Position numbers and translations under genes: made by a program. From NCBI GenBank assembly GCA_963827655.1, contig CAWHCF010000025.1, forward strand, positions 1 to 64,000: DNA of 64,000 nt. Direction: 5' to 3'. Origin of the DNA: an uncultured Acidobacteriota bacterium (GTDB lineage: Bacteria > Acidobacteriota > UBA6911). The notes beneath the pieces are model-generated. The model saw nothing but the letters and a program-made list of their open reading frames with translations, was not told where the DNA came from and searched no databases. Each line of letters begins with the position of its first letter. Position 1 is the stretch's first letter. Shown one piece after another: positions 33,209 through 44,820 of the stretch.

Positions 33209-34897
33209 TCACTGATTCTTGATCGAATAGATCAGTCCCTGGACCCGGTCGTTCTCCAGTCGCTCGCGCTCCCGCGCGCGCAATTCTTCGTAGCGCTTGA
33301 GGGCCGCCGCCGCGCCGGCCGTATCGCCGCTCTGCCGGCAGAGGCGAACCTGCAGGAAATACCCTTCCGACATCTCGGGATCGAGCTCGAGCGCCCGCCT
33401 AAGGCGCTCCCCGGCGCCGGCAAAATCATTCGCGTCAGCCGCCAGTTTTGCGCGCTGGTAATGTCCCGCCGCCAGCTTGGGATTGAGTTCGAGGGCTTTG
33501 TCCAGGAAGCCGGCAACCCGCGGGTCATCCGTGCGACCGGCCTTCATCAAAGACACCGCCGATTGATAATAAAGCAGGCTATCCCCCGGGCTGAGGGCGA
33601 TCCCCCGGGAAAAGGCATTGACGGCGTCGTCGAACCGCCCGGCTTCGAAATAGGAGTTTCCCAGGTAATGGTAGATCACCGCGTCATTCGGATACCGGAC
33701 CAGCAGTTCACCAAGGGTTTGCTGGGCCTTCTCCATCTGGCCCCGCAGCTGAAATGTCGTACCAAGGGCCAGGCCCAGATTCCGGTTCTGCGGAAAGGCC
33801 TTGACACCCGACACGAAGACTATCTCGGCCAGGTCATAAGTACGGCGCCGGAGCGCCATCAATCCTAAATCGAGGACGTACGATGGGTTCGATGGATCCT
33901 GCCGGATGGCTTTTTGATACGCCTCGAAGGCCTCCTTCGGACGATCGAGCCGGTCATAGCCCTGGCCCAGAAGGTTATCGATTTCCGCGCTCGAGCTGCG
34001 CTCGTCTGCCGCCATTTTCTCGAGCACCGCGATTCCTTCCCGCCACCTCTCTGCCTTGTAGAGCGCAAGGGCGAGGTTGTAATGGGCCGCGTTCCGGTCG
34101 CGATAGGTGCGGGTGGCAATTTCAAGATGCCGGATGGCTTCTTTGAGTTGACCTGATTCGGCAGCCAGGGTTCCGAGATAGAAGTTCGCGGTTCCCTCGT
34201 TCGGGTCGGCGGCCACGGCATCGCGGAAAGACTTGAGCGCGGCGCTGCGTTCTCCCATTTTGAGCGCCGCCAGACCCCGTAAGCTGACCAGCGCAGGAGG
34301 CAGAGAGTTCTTGCGCGCGTAGGCGTCGAGCGTTGCCGAGACCCTGGAGTAATCTCCCTGAAGGAAGTAGGCCGACGCCAGATCGGCAAGCAGGACTGGA
34401 TGGGGATTGATGGCGCGAACTTTTTCCAGATGGCGAACCGCGAGGTCTGTGCTTCCTCGCCTGACGCACACCGCGCCGGCCGCCCGGTGGATTTCCAGCG
34501 GAACGTCGGGAAGCTCAACCAGCTTTTGAAGCCACTTCACGGCCTCCGGCTTGCGCCGTAATTGCAGGCAGGCGTCTACCAGCTCAGGTACGATCGCGGG
34601 ATCGCGGCGATTGAGATCGAAGGCGAGCTCCAGGTGCCGGACCCCTTCCTCCAGCTGGGCCGAGCGGCACAGGGCTGTTCCCAGCAGCGCCTGTAATCTT
34701 CCGGAATCCTTGTGGGACTCCAACCATGGCTTGAGAGAACTGGCAGCAGCGGAGAATTGCCCTTTTTCTATGAGGGCCGCCGCGGAGTTGAGAGCGGCTT
34801 CGAACCGGCCGGAGGGCGACTGAACCGCGGCAAGAGTGCTAAGAATGAGTAAAACAAATTGACGATTGACGATTGACGATTGACGATTGAACTGCAT
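33209..34897 (-). CDS. Tetratricopeptide-repeat protein
   Basis: Multiple TPRs (e.g. YHYLGNSYFEAGRFDDAVNAFSRGIALSP). The N-terminal NRQSSIVNRQ is encoded by a GACGATT repeat, so the start is uncertain. Confidence 0.85.
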   Translation of the reverse strand: MQFNRQSSIVNRQFVLLILSTLAAVQSPSGRFEAALNSAAALIEKGQFSAAASSLKPWLESHKDSGRLQALLGTALCRSAQLEEGVRHLELAFDLNRRDPAIVPELVDACLQLRRKPEAVKWLQKLVELPDVPLEIHRAAGAVCVRRGSTDLAVRHLEKVRAINPHPVLLADLASAYFLQGDYSRVSATLDAYARKNSLPPALVSLRGLAALKMGERSAALKSFRDAVAADPNEGTANFYLGTLAAESGQLKEAIRHLEIATRTYRDRNAAHYNLALALYKAERWREGIAVLEKMAADERSSSAEIDNLLGQGYDRLDRPKEAFEAYQKAIRQDPSNPSYVLDLGLMALRRRTYDLAEIVFVSGVKAFPQNRNLGLALGTTFQLRGQMEKAQQTLGELLVRYPNDAVIYHYLGNSYFEAGRFDDAVNAFSRGIALSPGDSLLYYQSAVSLMKAGRTDDPRVAGFLDKALELNPKLAAGHYQRAKLAADANDFAGAGERLRRALELDPEMSEGYFLQVRLCRQSGDTAGAAAALKRYEELRARERERLENDRVQGLIYSIKNQ

Positions 34898-34971
34898 CGT
34901 CCCCGGTTACCAGCCGACTTGCGTTCGTTGATCATCATTCTCGAGAGATAATCTTGCCACAACTACAATCG

Positions 34972-35334
34972 TCAATCGTCGTCAATAAGTCGTCGGCGGG
35001 CGTAGACTTCGAGGGCCTCTTCCACCCATCGGGCGCATGAGGGCGCGCTGAATTCTATCCGGAGCCGGCTTGCCATCGCCTCCAGTTCGGCTGCTGTCGA
35101 ACGGTAGGGGCGCAAGGCGTTGTAGATGTCGAGAATGACCGCATCCGGAACATGGACGAGTTCGGCCGCCCGGCGGAGATTCTCGGCCAGCTGGCGCCGT
35201 CCGGCGGCATCCGCGATTCCGGCCTGGTGGCGCAGGGTTTCCGGGGCGATGGAGAAATCGGCCATGTCGCCCCACCCGGAGACGACCCGGTCGAGTCGAA
35301 GCTCCTCCAGAGAAACTCCCGTCTTACTCTTCAC
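34972..35334 (-). CDS. pduE: Diol/glycerol dehydratase small subunit
   Basis: IAPETLRHQAGIA..GRRQLAENLRRAAEL..ILDIYNALRPYRST. Confidence 0.9.
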   Translation of the reverse strand: MKSKTGVSLEELRLDRVVSGWGDMADFSIAPETLRHQAGIADAAGRRQLAENLRRAAELVHVPDAVILDIYNALRPYRSTAAELEAMASRLRIEFSAPSCARWVEEALEVYARRRLIDDD

Positions 35335-35369
35335 TTTCTAACTCAGCACTTTTAACTTTCTACTGTTAA

Positions 35370-37577
35370 TCAGCACTTTGACTTTCTACTGTTAGTAACG
35401 CAATCGGTCTCGTGCCGGTGCAGGATTGTGGTCTTCAGGATGTATTTCAGCCGGGCCATGTTGTCTACCGGGACCAGCAAAGGTTCGACCGGGCGTCCCA
35501 GAGCATATCCGGCCGCGTTGGCCCCGATGCGCCGGTAGTGTTCCAGGCTCAGCTGGGAAGCCTGCGAAAACAGTTCCAGGTTGTTCAACGGCAGCAGCCC
35601 GCGGCGGTGGATTACAGTCGTGCCCTTTGACTGGATTCCGATCGCAATGCCGGAGCCGCTTAGCCGCGACCCCTCGAAGGCGATCTGGCCGAGATCGGAC
35701 GTGTGGTAGACCTTAACCACCCTCCACGGCATCGCCAGCTGCGCCAGGCCGTCCAGTAATTCCCGCAATACCTCGCTCAGCGGCAGGTCGTTGACCGTGT
35801 AGTGAAGCCTGGTTCCGAACGCCGGCCCGACGGCCACGACAACCTCCGGGCCCGTGCCGGGAATGGCATCGCTGCATTCCTTCCACGGAAACGGGGGCGC
35901 GCGCCGGTCATCTAACGGCTGGCGCGGGTCATAGGCTTGAGGAAGATTCGCGATCTCGGCCCAGCGCTCGGCGCTCACCCGATATCCGGTACCGGGCCCG
36001 CGGTAGTCGTTGGCGTCATTTACCGCGCTGAGGATTCCGAAGTCAGGGGTCAGAATCGCGGCGGGTTGCAGGTAGTCGCCGGTCACGCGCTGGCGTTCGA
36101 TTTGCAGGATATTTCGGGCGACGTCTTCGAAACCCGCAGCGGCCAGGGCGCGAACGGCGTCCAGGGCGTTCGCTCGGCTGCCGAGGAATTGTTCGGCGGC
36201 CGCCAGGTCGGAGGCCATGTCTCGATCGGGCATATCGGGACTCGCATACTCCACTACGGCAGCCTCGATCTCGGCCGGCGTTATCGGCGGAAATCCAAAA
36301 CCCTCGAACACCACTCGCAATGCTTCGGCCGCGCGGCGCCGGACCGCGAGAACCTCCTCCTCGCTGACCGGACGCAAGCCCGCGTCAACCCTCATGTCGC
36401 GCTGCAGGACCAGGTAGTCGTCCAGGTCGTCCGAGTCGAAGTTGCCGCCGCCGAACATGTTGTCCTGTTTCGGAACCGCGCTGTAGCCGGAGTGAATGAA
36501 GTCCGTTCCCGGCAAGAACTGCAGCATGAGCTTGGCGGTTTTCCGAATCGTGGAGTGCGAGGCCATCGCGTCATTGCCGGTGGCGACTTCGAGATCCATC
36601 AGGGCGGCGAGCAGGTTTTCGGCGGCGACGCCAAGGACGCCCCCCGGCAGGGCTTCAGGCAGCGCGATGCAGCTTATGGACCCGTTTTGCACCCCCTGGC
36701 TTCCAGCGCCCTTGGTCACGAGAAGACAGCGAGCTTCGAGGTAGAGCATGGAATGCCCGTACGCGTGCGCCATGAGAGCCTCGGAGCCCGTGCCGCTGGT
36801 GAACCGGATCTTGACGCCCCGAGACGCATAAGCCGCCGCCAGAAACCCTTTGGACCACGGCGTGTCGTCGCCGTCCACGAATGCCGGATCCGTTCCATAG
36901 ACCGAGAGCGTTTCGGCATAGGTCGTGAGACCTTTTATGGCCAGCGAGAGGCTCATCGCTTCCTCCACGGCGCACTGGGTGAGGACGCCGCCCCGCCCGG
37001 TCTGGGATCCGATCAGGACCGCCAGCGCGTTCCAGGGCGCGTAGCGGGCGACGCCGACCGTGGTTTCGATTTCGGCAAAGCCGCGCAAGGCCGCTTCGGC
37101 AGCGTCGGCCGCCAGAAGCGCAGGGGAGTCTTTGCGGTTGGTCACATGGGCCTGATTCGCGGGCGTCCGGCGGACGCGCATCTTCGACAGCGCCATCATG
37201 ATCTCGACCGCGTTGAGATGGCCCACAACTTCCACCAGCTTGGCCGCCGTCAGACCGCCCATGAGGCGCGCGAGCTTTTCCCGCGGCACGTTGATGTCGA
37301 CCAGCATTCGCGCCAGCTCGAGCGATGAGGTGGCCATCGCCTGCTCCGCGACCTCCAGATTGATCGCATGCCGGGCAATGAACGCGTCGATCATGTCGAA
37401 CGCTTCCCTGCCCCGGCCGTCCATTTCGACGATTTCCCCCCGCTCGATCCGCAGGCTTGGCTTCGGATCGGCGGGAGACCCCATCAGAATCAGTCCCGCC
37501 TCAGGCCACTCGTGGGCAAAGCTGTCCAGGTTGATTTCGCGTTTCGCCCGTTTGGCAAACCGACGCGACTGGGTCAT
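35370..37577 (-). CDS. pduC: Adenosylcobalamin-dependent diol/glycerol dehydratase, fused large and medium subunits
   Basis: RRTPANQAHVTN, ETTVGVARYAP, YAETLSVYGT, DGDDTPWSKGFLAAAYASRG and QNGSISC, then medium-subunit VVVAVGPAFG, LSGSGIAIGIQSKGT and NLELFSQ. Confidence 0.95.
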   Translation of the reverse strand: MTQSRRFAKRAKREINLDSFAHEWPEAGLILMGSPADPKPSLRIERGEIVEMDGRGREAFDMIDAFIARHAINLEVAEQAMATSSLELARMLVDINVPREKLARLMGGLTAAKLVEVVGHLNAVEIMMALSKMRVRRTPANQAHVTNRKDSPALLAADAAEAALRGFAEIETTVGVARYAPWNALAVLIGSQTGRGGVLTQCAVEEAMSLSLAIKGLTTYAETLSVYGTDPAFVDGDDTPWSKGFLAAAYASRGVKIRFTSGTGSEALMAHAYGHSMLYLEARCLLVTKGAGSQGVQNGSISCIALPEALPGGVLGVAAENLLAALMDLEVATGNDAMASHSTIRKTAKLMLQFLPGTDFIHSGYSAVPKQDNMFGGGNFDSDDLDDYLVLQRDMRVDAGLRPVSEEEVLAVRRRAAEALRVVFEGFGFPPITPAEIEAAVVEYASPDMPDRDMASDLAAAEQFLGSRANALDAVRALAAAGFEDVARNILQIERQRVTGDYLQPAAILTPDFGILSAVNDANDYRGPGTGYRVSAERWAEIANLPQAYDPRQPLDDRRAPPFPWKECSDAIPGTGPEVVVAVGPAFGTRLHYTVNDLPLSEVLRELLDGLAQLAMPWRVVKVYHTSDLGQIAFEGSRLSGSGIAIGIQSKGTTVIHRRGLLPLNNLELFSQASQLSLEHYRRIGANAAGYALGRPVEPLLVPVDNMARLKYILKTTILHRHETDCVTNSRKSKC

Positions 37578-37636
37578 CTAACCACCAAGACACGAAGACG
37601 CGAAGGAAACACAAAGACAACTTCCTCGCGTGAGGT

Positions 37637-38611
37637 TCATGGCGTAGCGGAAGAACGAGACAGTTGTTCGAGGGTCTTTTTTACTTGGGTGGCCTGAGGG
37701 GCCTCGGGGTTTTCCTGCAGAAACGCGGTCAACTGCGCTGCCGCATTGGGCATCTCGCCGCGTTTGAGATAGAGGTTGGCCAGCTCCAGCCGGATCGGAT
37801 GCGTGTGATCGAAATCGAGCTCGAGCGCCTTCTTGAGATAACTCTCGGCCACTTGAAGCGAATTGAGCTGATAGTAGGCGACGCCGAGCTGAAAGAATCC
37901 GAGGGCGGATTTGAAATCACACGCAAGGCCCGCCCTGAGGAACTCGATCGCGCCCAGGTGATCGCCCGATTCATTGAGCAGCTTGCCGAGATTGAAAAAA
38001 GCATGAGAATAGCAGGTGTCCAGCTGAGTGGCTTTCAAGAAAGCCTGGGCGGCTTCCTGCCGCCGGCCCAGAAGGTAGAGATTGATGCCGAGCTGGTTGT
38101 GGGCCGGGCTGAAATTCGGCTCCTGCTCCAGGACTGTCCGGAGACTTCGCACGCTCTTCTCGTATTGGCCTTCGTTGCTGCTTCGCAGCGCGCGCTCGAA
38201 CTCCTGCTGGGCCTTGCGGGGCAAGCGAAGATAAGCCAGGTCCACGGTGGAACCTGTCGCCGCATTCGTGGTTTTGGGGTCACGCTCGCTTCGTATGAAA
38301 AGACTTACATGATAGACCTGGTTTTGCGTGTTCATGGCCACGAGTTCGCGGATGGGAGGATGGCGCTCCAGATTCGCGACCACTTCGTAGCGCCCCTTGG
38401 TCAGCCCTCGAAACCGGAACTTTCCGGTATCGTCGGTTCGAGTCTGTCCCACGGATGAGCCGTCCTTATACAGCGACACTGTGACGGCATTGACGGAGAC
38501 TCCCGCCGCCTCGCTGATCAGGTTACCCTGGATAACGAAGTTCCCGACTCCCAGCGAATCCTGGTACGCAGTCCAGCCGAGAATCAAGGCAAGGGCAAGT
38601 GCAGTGGTCAT
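37637..38611 (-). CDS. Carboxypeptidase-regulatory-like domain plus TPR protein
   Basis: TDDTGKFRFRGLTKGRYEV followed by PRKAQQEFERA and TPRs. Confidence 0.85.
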   Translation of the reverse strand: MTTALALALILGWTAYQDSLGVGNFVIQGNLISEAAGVSVNAVTVSLYKDGSSVGQTRTDDTGKFRFRGLTKGRYEVVANLERHPPIRELVAMNTQNQVYHVSLFIRSERDPKTTNAATGSTVDLAYLRLPRKAQQEFERALRSSNEGQYEKSVRSLRTVLEQEPNFSPAHNQLGINLYLLGRRQEAAQAFLKATQLDTCYSHAFFNLGKLLNESGDHLGAIEFLRAGLACDFKSALGFFQLGVAYYQLNSLQVAESYLKKALELDFDHTHPIRLELANLYLKRGEMPNAAAQLTAFLQENPEAPQATQVKKTLEQLSRSSATP

Positions 38612-38682
38612 TGCGGGTCAGGCGTCTCCGCGCCCTGGCGGCAAATTAGCCGCCAGGGCGCGACGAACGCCGCCACGAGCTG

Positions 38683-41600
38683 CTAGAACTGATACCGCAG
38701 CGCGAACTGGATCTGGCGGCCACGGTTTCGCGTGTCCGTGATCAGTCCGAAGTTCGCCGTCCCCCATGCAGTGTTGGGGTTCTGAAATGACGGTGTGTTG
38801 GTGAAGTTGAAGAACTCCGCGCGGAACTGGATCCGCTGACTCTCGGTGATCTCGAAGTTCTTCAAGATGGACAGGTCGAGCTGAGTCCAGCCCGGACCGT
38901 GCAGGTACGACTGACCGATTGTCCCGAAGGTGCCGTCGGCCGGAGCCTTGAACGCGGCTGTGTCCAGATACAGCTCCTTGCGGTTGCTGTCCTCGATGAT
39001 CGGATCGACTCCATCAATCGGATCGGGCCGGACCGTCGCGCCGCAGCCGCAGTTGCGGACCGCCGACGTGATCGAGAACGGGTACCCGCTCTGGATGAAG
39101 AAGTTCCCGATGGTCTGCCAGCCACCGAAGAGGGCTTTCGACGCCCCGGTCAGATTGTTTCCTGGAAGCTCCCAGATCCAGGTCGTGACCAAACGATGCG
39201 GGATGTCAAACTCCGCCAGACCACGTTCGAGCGCGCGGTTGTTGATGTCGCGGATGCCCTGCCCCGAGCCGCCCAGCGTGTGGCCGTAGTCGTTCAGCCC
39301 CTTGCTGAAGGTGTACGCGGTCATGAACTGAAACCCTTTCGAGAAGCGCCGCTCGACCTTGACCGACGCTCCGTGGTAAATGCTGTTCCCCATCCCGGAG
39401 GCCGAGATCAGACCGGTGTTGAGAAACGGGAACATCCGCCGCGCGGCGACGGGCGCTGCCGGATCGGGGCTGTGGGCCGGGGTGTTGCGGTCCCAGAGCA
39501 CGATCAGCTTCGACCCCTTCGAGCCGATGTAAGCGAGCTCGACCGTGGTGTCGAAACCGATCTCGCGCTGAAACGCCATGTTCCACTGCTGCACGTAGCT
39601 GATCCGCGTATCAGGATCCGCTTCCCGCAACTGCGGCGCTGACGGACGCGAAAGCATGTCGAGCGGGAAACCCTGGCTGAGGTGCGGCATTTGCGGAATG
39701 GGGGTGAAGGCATTCGGCTTGTTCAGGAACGCCACCACCGAGAACGGCAGATTGTAGCCCCGGTTCGGGTTTCCACCCTGCGGCTCCTCGCCGCCGAAGA
39801 ATACACCATAGGCGGACCGCAGCACGCTTTTGTCGCTGAATGCGTAAGCAAAGCCGACCCTGGGAGCGACATTGTTTTTGTCCCAGGGAATCAGCCACTT
39901 CGACGCCGTGCGGTTGACCGCGATCTGGCTGGGAAACACGTCCGGCAAAGGATCATTGCGCCCCTCGGGGATGTCGAGCGTCACGGTCGACATGTTGAAA
40001 TTCGACTGCGCGCCGTACTTCTCCCCGATCGGCGAGACCAGCTCGTAGCGGACCCCGAGGTTCAAGGTCAACTTCGAAGTCGCCTTCCAGTCATCCTGGA
40101 AATAGCTGTTGTACGACCTCCGCTGGCTGCCGATGTACTTCACGTTCGACATGCGCGCGGTCCCAACGAACCCGAGGAGCATGTCAGCGACGCCGAATCC
40201 GCCTTGCCCGGTTTCTGTGTTCCTCGAGAAGTCGCGGTTGATGTTGTCCAGGCTGCCCCTGGGATACGGCGGCTGCAGGAACGGGAACTCGATGTGCCGG
40301 TACTCGAATCCCATCTTCAATGTGTGCCGGCCGCGGACGAGGCTCAGGTTGTCCATCATGGTCCAGACGTTCGAGAACTCATCGGACGGCAGCCACTCGG
40401 GCGCGCCGATCGCGCTGATGTCCGTGATATTGATGAACGGCAACCCGCCGAGGCCCGGCTCGAAGTTGACGCCGGGAAACCCGACCTCCTGAGCCACGTT
40501 GATGTCTTGGTCCTTCGAGAAGCGCCCCGTATTCAGCCGCGTGAATCCGATGCGCACCTCGTTGATGGTCCGGGGAGTGAAGATGTGGTTCCAGTTGATT
40601 ACCGCGCTCTTGCCGTTATTGAACTGCGTCCCCGAGAAGAATCCGCCGCCGTCGGCGTAGCCGGGAAACAATGGCGGAAGCAAAATGTCCTGGTTCGATT
40701 CGCTGTAGCGCCCGAAGATCGTGTCGTTCGAACCGATCCTCTGGTCAATGCGGACATCCCACTGATTCACGTCATCCTCGTGGTTGTTCACCGACCGGTA
40801 GTTGTTGGCCCGGTAAACATCACCCCCCTCGTTGGGCGCGGGAATCAGGTCCAGTATCTTCTTCCCGAGTGGGTCGAAGCGATTGGCCGGGATGACGTTC
40901 CCAGCGAACGCCGGGCGATTGGCCTGGATCTCGCCGTTTGCACCCGGATCGTAGATGATGTTGGAGATCTCGCTGAAGTTCCCGTTTTTCATTCGCGTGG
41001 ACGGCACGGTCCCGAAGCGGGTACGAAGTTCCCGGCTGCGGAAGCCCTGGTAGTCGAAGAAGAAGAAAGTCCGGTCCTTCACGATCGGGCCGCCGATTGT
41101 GCCGCCGAACTGGTTCATCTTGAATGGGTTCTTGCCCGCGTCGAAGAAATTGCGCGCGTCGAGCGACGAGTTGCGCAGATACTCGAACAGGGTGCCGTGA
41201 AAGGCGTTCGTACCACCCTCGGATAGTGGCGTTGACGACGCCACCGGCGCCTCGTCCGAACTCGGCTGAAAACGCGTTGGTCTGGATCTTGAATTCCTCG
41301 ATCGCGTCGACCGAGGGGCCGACGACGAACGCCGAGCCGTTCAGGAAGTCGATCACGTTGACGTTGTTGTCGATGCCGTCGAGCAGGTAGTTGTTCTGCC
41401 CGCTCGAGCGGACGCCGTTGGCCGAGAAGTTGCCGCCGACGACCAGGCTGAGGCTGCCCGCCGTTCCGGTGCGGTCGTCACCGCCCGCAGGGATCACGCC
41501 CGGCACGATCGCGGCAAGCCGCGCGAAGTTGCGCGCCGTTAAGAGGAAGCTCGGTGATCGTCTTGCTGTCGACCACGTGGCCGAGTGAAGAGGTCTCCGA

Positions 41601-41981
41601 CTGCGTCTTGATCGCCTCGCCGGTGACCTCGACCGTTTCCGATACGTTGCCGACTTCAAGCGTGAAATCGACCTTGATCCGGTCTTGTACGTTGAGCCTG
41701 ATCGCGGTCCTTGTCTGTTTCTTGAACCCCGTAAGCTCTGCCGCGACCTCGTAGGTCCCGGTCCTGAGAAGCGGGGCGGCATAGTTTCCGGTCGCATCGG
41801 TCACGGTGGAGAACGGTTGGTTCGTCTCCACGTTGCGCATCGTGATCGACACTCCTGGAATGACGCCTCCGCTGCTATCGGTCACGGTCCCGACGATCGT
41901 GCCCGTGTCGCGCTGCGCGAACAGTAATGACGCAGGCAACACGAAAAGTGTAAGGATGGTTAACATCCCGAGTTTCTTCAT
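38683..41981 (-). CDS. Oar-type TonB-dependent receptor (frameshifts near 41535 and 41220)
   Basis: GTIVGTVTDSSG, ELPLNG, SAEFGRGAGG, NQFGGTIGGP, FQDDWK and RQIQFALRYQF. Confidence 0.92.
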
Positions 41982-42071
41982 TTAATCTCCTCCAGTGAGA
42001 TCTTGAGCACTCGCGGTTTCCCTTCCCGAATGCATGAGGGCAAAAAGCCAAAGACGCCAGGATTTACTTTC

Positions 42072-43397
42072 TTATGAGCTTGCATTTAAAGCCTGATGAA
42101 GGACCCGTCCGCCGAATCCTTCGGATGAAACTCCGACGAGCCGCGCCAGTGTAGCAACCAGATCCTGCGAAGTCACGGACTCCCGGATGGTATGATCTTT
42201 TCGAATCGCCGGCCCCAACAGGAGCCCGGCTCTCGATCCTTCGAGATAAATCAGAAAATAAGTCGAATCTCTGTATCTTGGATTCTTGCGTGTCTCGAGC
42301 CAGACATAGTAGGTCAGGACGTCGGCGTCCTGCAGCGACTCGCCGGCATCCTCGGGCTCGAGCCCTTGCGACCCGGGCCCGAAAGGATCGAGCTGGCGCA
42401 GAGGAACGAAACGCCGGCGCGCGCCGAAGCGAACCACCAGCAGATCGGGTTCTACGCGGCGCAAGGCCTGGAGCGCGGTCCACTCCGCGAACGAATTATT
42501 GATGACCAGCGCGCCGCTGCCGCTGACGATTACCTGCTCGATGAATTTCCGGATCCTCAGGTCGTCGTAATCCGGCAGTCCAAGTTCGTCCATCTTGAAG
42601 TCGGTCATCTTCGCGTAAAGGGCCTCGGGGCCGGTCACTCCGGCGAGCATTTCGTCGGCCATCTTGCGCGTCACGCGCTCCATCACAGGCTTGAGGTGCT
42701 CGAAGCTGAACCAGGTCGGAGCGTGATCGGCGTTGCCGGGTTTCAGCTCGGTTCCCGTTTCGATAGCCCAGGTCCTGATTTGAGGCATTCCCAGATGCTT
42801 GCGGAAGAGCGTGAAAAGCGGCGCACACGCGAACCGATCGCCGGGTTCTCCATCGATCCTGGCGAAGAGCGTCCCGAGCGGCTGCAAATGATTCCAAAAG
42901 TAACTGAGGTAGCGCTGGTCGGAATCTTCGACCGTCTGGGCCCGCCCGGTTCCTTCACCGAGAATCGCCATAACCAGTTTGGGCCTGGACGAGCGCTGGC
43001 TTTCGAAACCTGCGGTCAGGATCTGGAAAACGTCGTCCACCGCGAGCCGCCAGGTCTGGTAGGTTCCATTTTTCTTGAAGTGACGCAGGCACCGCTCCAG
43101 CAGTTTTTCTTCATCGAAAAGAAGGTCCAGGTCGCCGAGCTCCGGCAATTGAATCGCCTCGATGTTCTTGAAGAGGCCCTGGCGCTGTTCGGCTGTCTGC
43201 CGCGCCAACGCGCTTATCATCCAGGTGAGGGATTCACGTTCGGGCGGGAAAAGGCCCTCCCATGAACGCAACTGGCGGATCAGAAGCGGCCGGAATGCCG
43301 ATGGGCTTTCGACGAGAAGCTGGCGATGATTCTCGATCAGAAGTCGAGCTTCTCGAGCGAATGACTGAAGTTTATCGGTGAACATCGCCTCAACCAA
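42072..43397 (-). CDS. Hypothetical protein (alkaline-phosphatase-like C-terminal remnant)
   Basis: 441-aa ORF overlapping the upstream gene's stop; ends GPAIRK..QDLVATLARLVG. Confidence 0.7.
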   Translation of the reverse strand: MVEAMFTDKLQSFAREARLLIENHRQLLVESPSAFRPLLIRQLRSWEGLFPPERESLTWMISALARQTAEQRQGLFKNIEAIQLPELGDLDLLFDEEKLLERCLRHFKKNGTYQTWRLAVDDVFQILTAGFESQRSSRPKLVMAILGEGTGRAQTVEDSDQRYLSYFWNHLQPLGTLFARIDGEPGDRFACAPLFTLFRKHLGMPQIRTWAIETGTELKPGNADHAPTWFSFEHLKPVMERVTRKMADEMLAGVTGPEALYAKMTDFKMDELGLPDYDDLRIRKFIEQVIVSGSGALVINNSFAEWTALQALRRVEPDLLVVRFGARRRFVPLRQLDPFGPGSQGLEPEDAGESLQDADVLTYYVWLETRKNPRYRDSTYFLIYLEGSRAGLLLGPAIRKDHTIRESVTSQDLVATLARLVGVSSEGFGGRVLHQALNASS

Positions 43398-44621
43398 CTA
43401 TTTCGCGCAGAAGATTCCCTTCGGCGTGATCTGCCCGGAATCCCAGCCAGGATGCCACAGTAGGCGCGACATCCAGATGGGTAACGCGGCGCTCGACGGT
43501 CTGTCCCTTCGGAATTCCCGGGCCGACGGCCAGGAGACCGACGCGCCGTCAGCCGTCGTCCCCGCCGCGATGATGCTGAAATCCGTTCATTCCCAGCCCG
43601 TCCAGATTGCGGCCGTGATCGGGCACGATCACCAGTACGGTTTTTTCCCTGTAGGCCGGGAGCTCTTGAATGTGCCGCCACAGGGCGGACACCTGTTTGT
43701 CGGCATTCCGGATTGCTTTGAGATAAAGCGAGAAAGAACCCTGGTGGGCAACATCGATCTCGCCGAAATTCACCACCAGAAGCGAGGGAGCAAACCTGGT
43801 CATGATCTCCCGGGCCACAAAGCAATTCAGGGCATCGCCGCTGCGTGGATTGTCCGACTCGGCCAGGAAACGAGCCACGGCCTCCGCCAGAAACCTCTCA
43901 GTCTCGGCGACGAATCGGCGCTGAACCGGAGCAGGAGCAGGCAACTCGGACGGACGCGGAGCCGCATTCCCGGACGGATCGGCCGCCGGAACTTCGGGGA
44001 GCCGCTCGAAGCCGGTATCGGCGGCTTCGGATCCGCCATAAGTGGCGCGCAGACTGCGCTCCAGCTCCCGAATCAGTTTCTTGCGATCACGGAAAACCGT
44101 TTCCTCGTCCTCCCGCAGCAGCTGGCGGAAAGTGCCGATCAGCATCTGGCGGGGCGCCAGGACGTGGCCGCCGTAAGCCGGGCCATAATTCCGTTCCATG
44201 CTATGACCGGCAGTCAGGAAACCTTTTCCCTGAGCGACCAGCCAGGCGTCCTCGGCAGCCGGCCGAGCTGTTTGCGGAAGTACTCGAAAATCGTGGGATG
44301 CGTGGGACGCTCGCCGCCATACTGGGCGATGTTTTGCCAGCGTCCGGTCAGAACCGCAGCGGTGCTGGGGTAGTGCGTCGTCTCTGCGTCATTGTAGACG
44401 CGCGAGTAGAAGGTCCCGAGAGGAAAGAGTTCATTGCGCAGAAGCGGAATGTTGGCCTGCCCTTGAGGGCCGAAGCTCTCGGCGTAACGGGTTCCGCCGC
44501 CGAAGCCGACGAGGACGACTTTGCGTGAAGGTTGTTCTTTGTTGCCTGGAGTCGGAATGGCGCCTGCGGCAGCGCCGGCAAACTGCACTCCCGCAAGATA
44601 GAGAAACTTACGGCGTTGCAT
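43390..44621 (-). CDS. Tat-exported alkaline-phosphatase-superfamily-like hypothetical protein; frameshifted
   Basis: MQRRKFL Tat signal, VVLVGFGGGTRYAE, EIDVAH, IVPDHGR, and HLDVAPTVASWLG in a third frame ending at TGA 43390. Confidence 0.7.
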
Positions 44622-44820
44622 GGGCCCTCGCTTAGGGGATGATGAAACCTCACGCATAGCGCTGGCCAGTTCGGCGCCGACCCGACGATACGTCGCACTT
44701 AGGCAAGATGTCAACCGCTTTTTCCGCGCGAAACTCGGTGGCTGCAGCCCAGATTGTGGCAACACACTTTGTCTTTTCGTTCACCTAAACGTGTATTTGG
44801 AGCCTGTCGCCGATTTTCGA

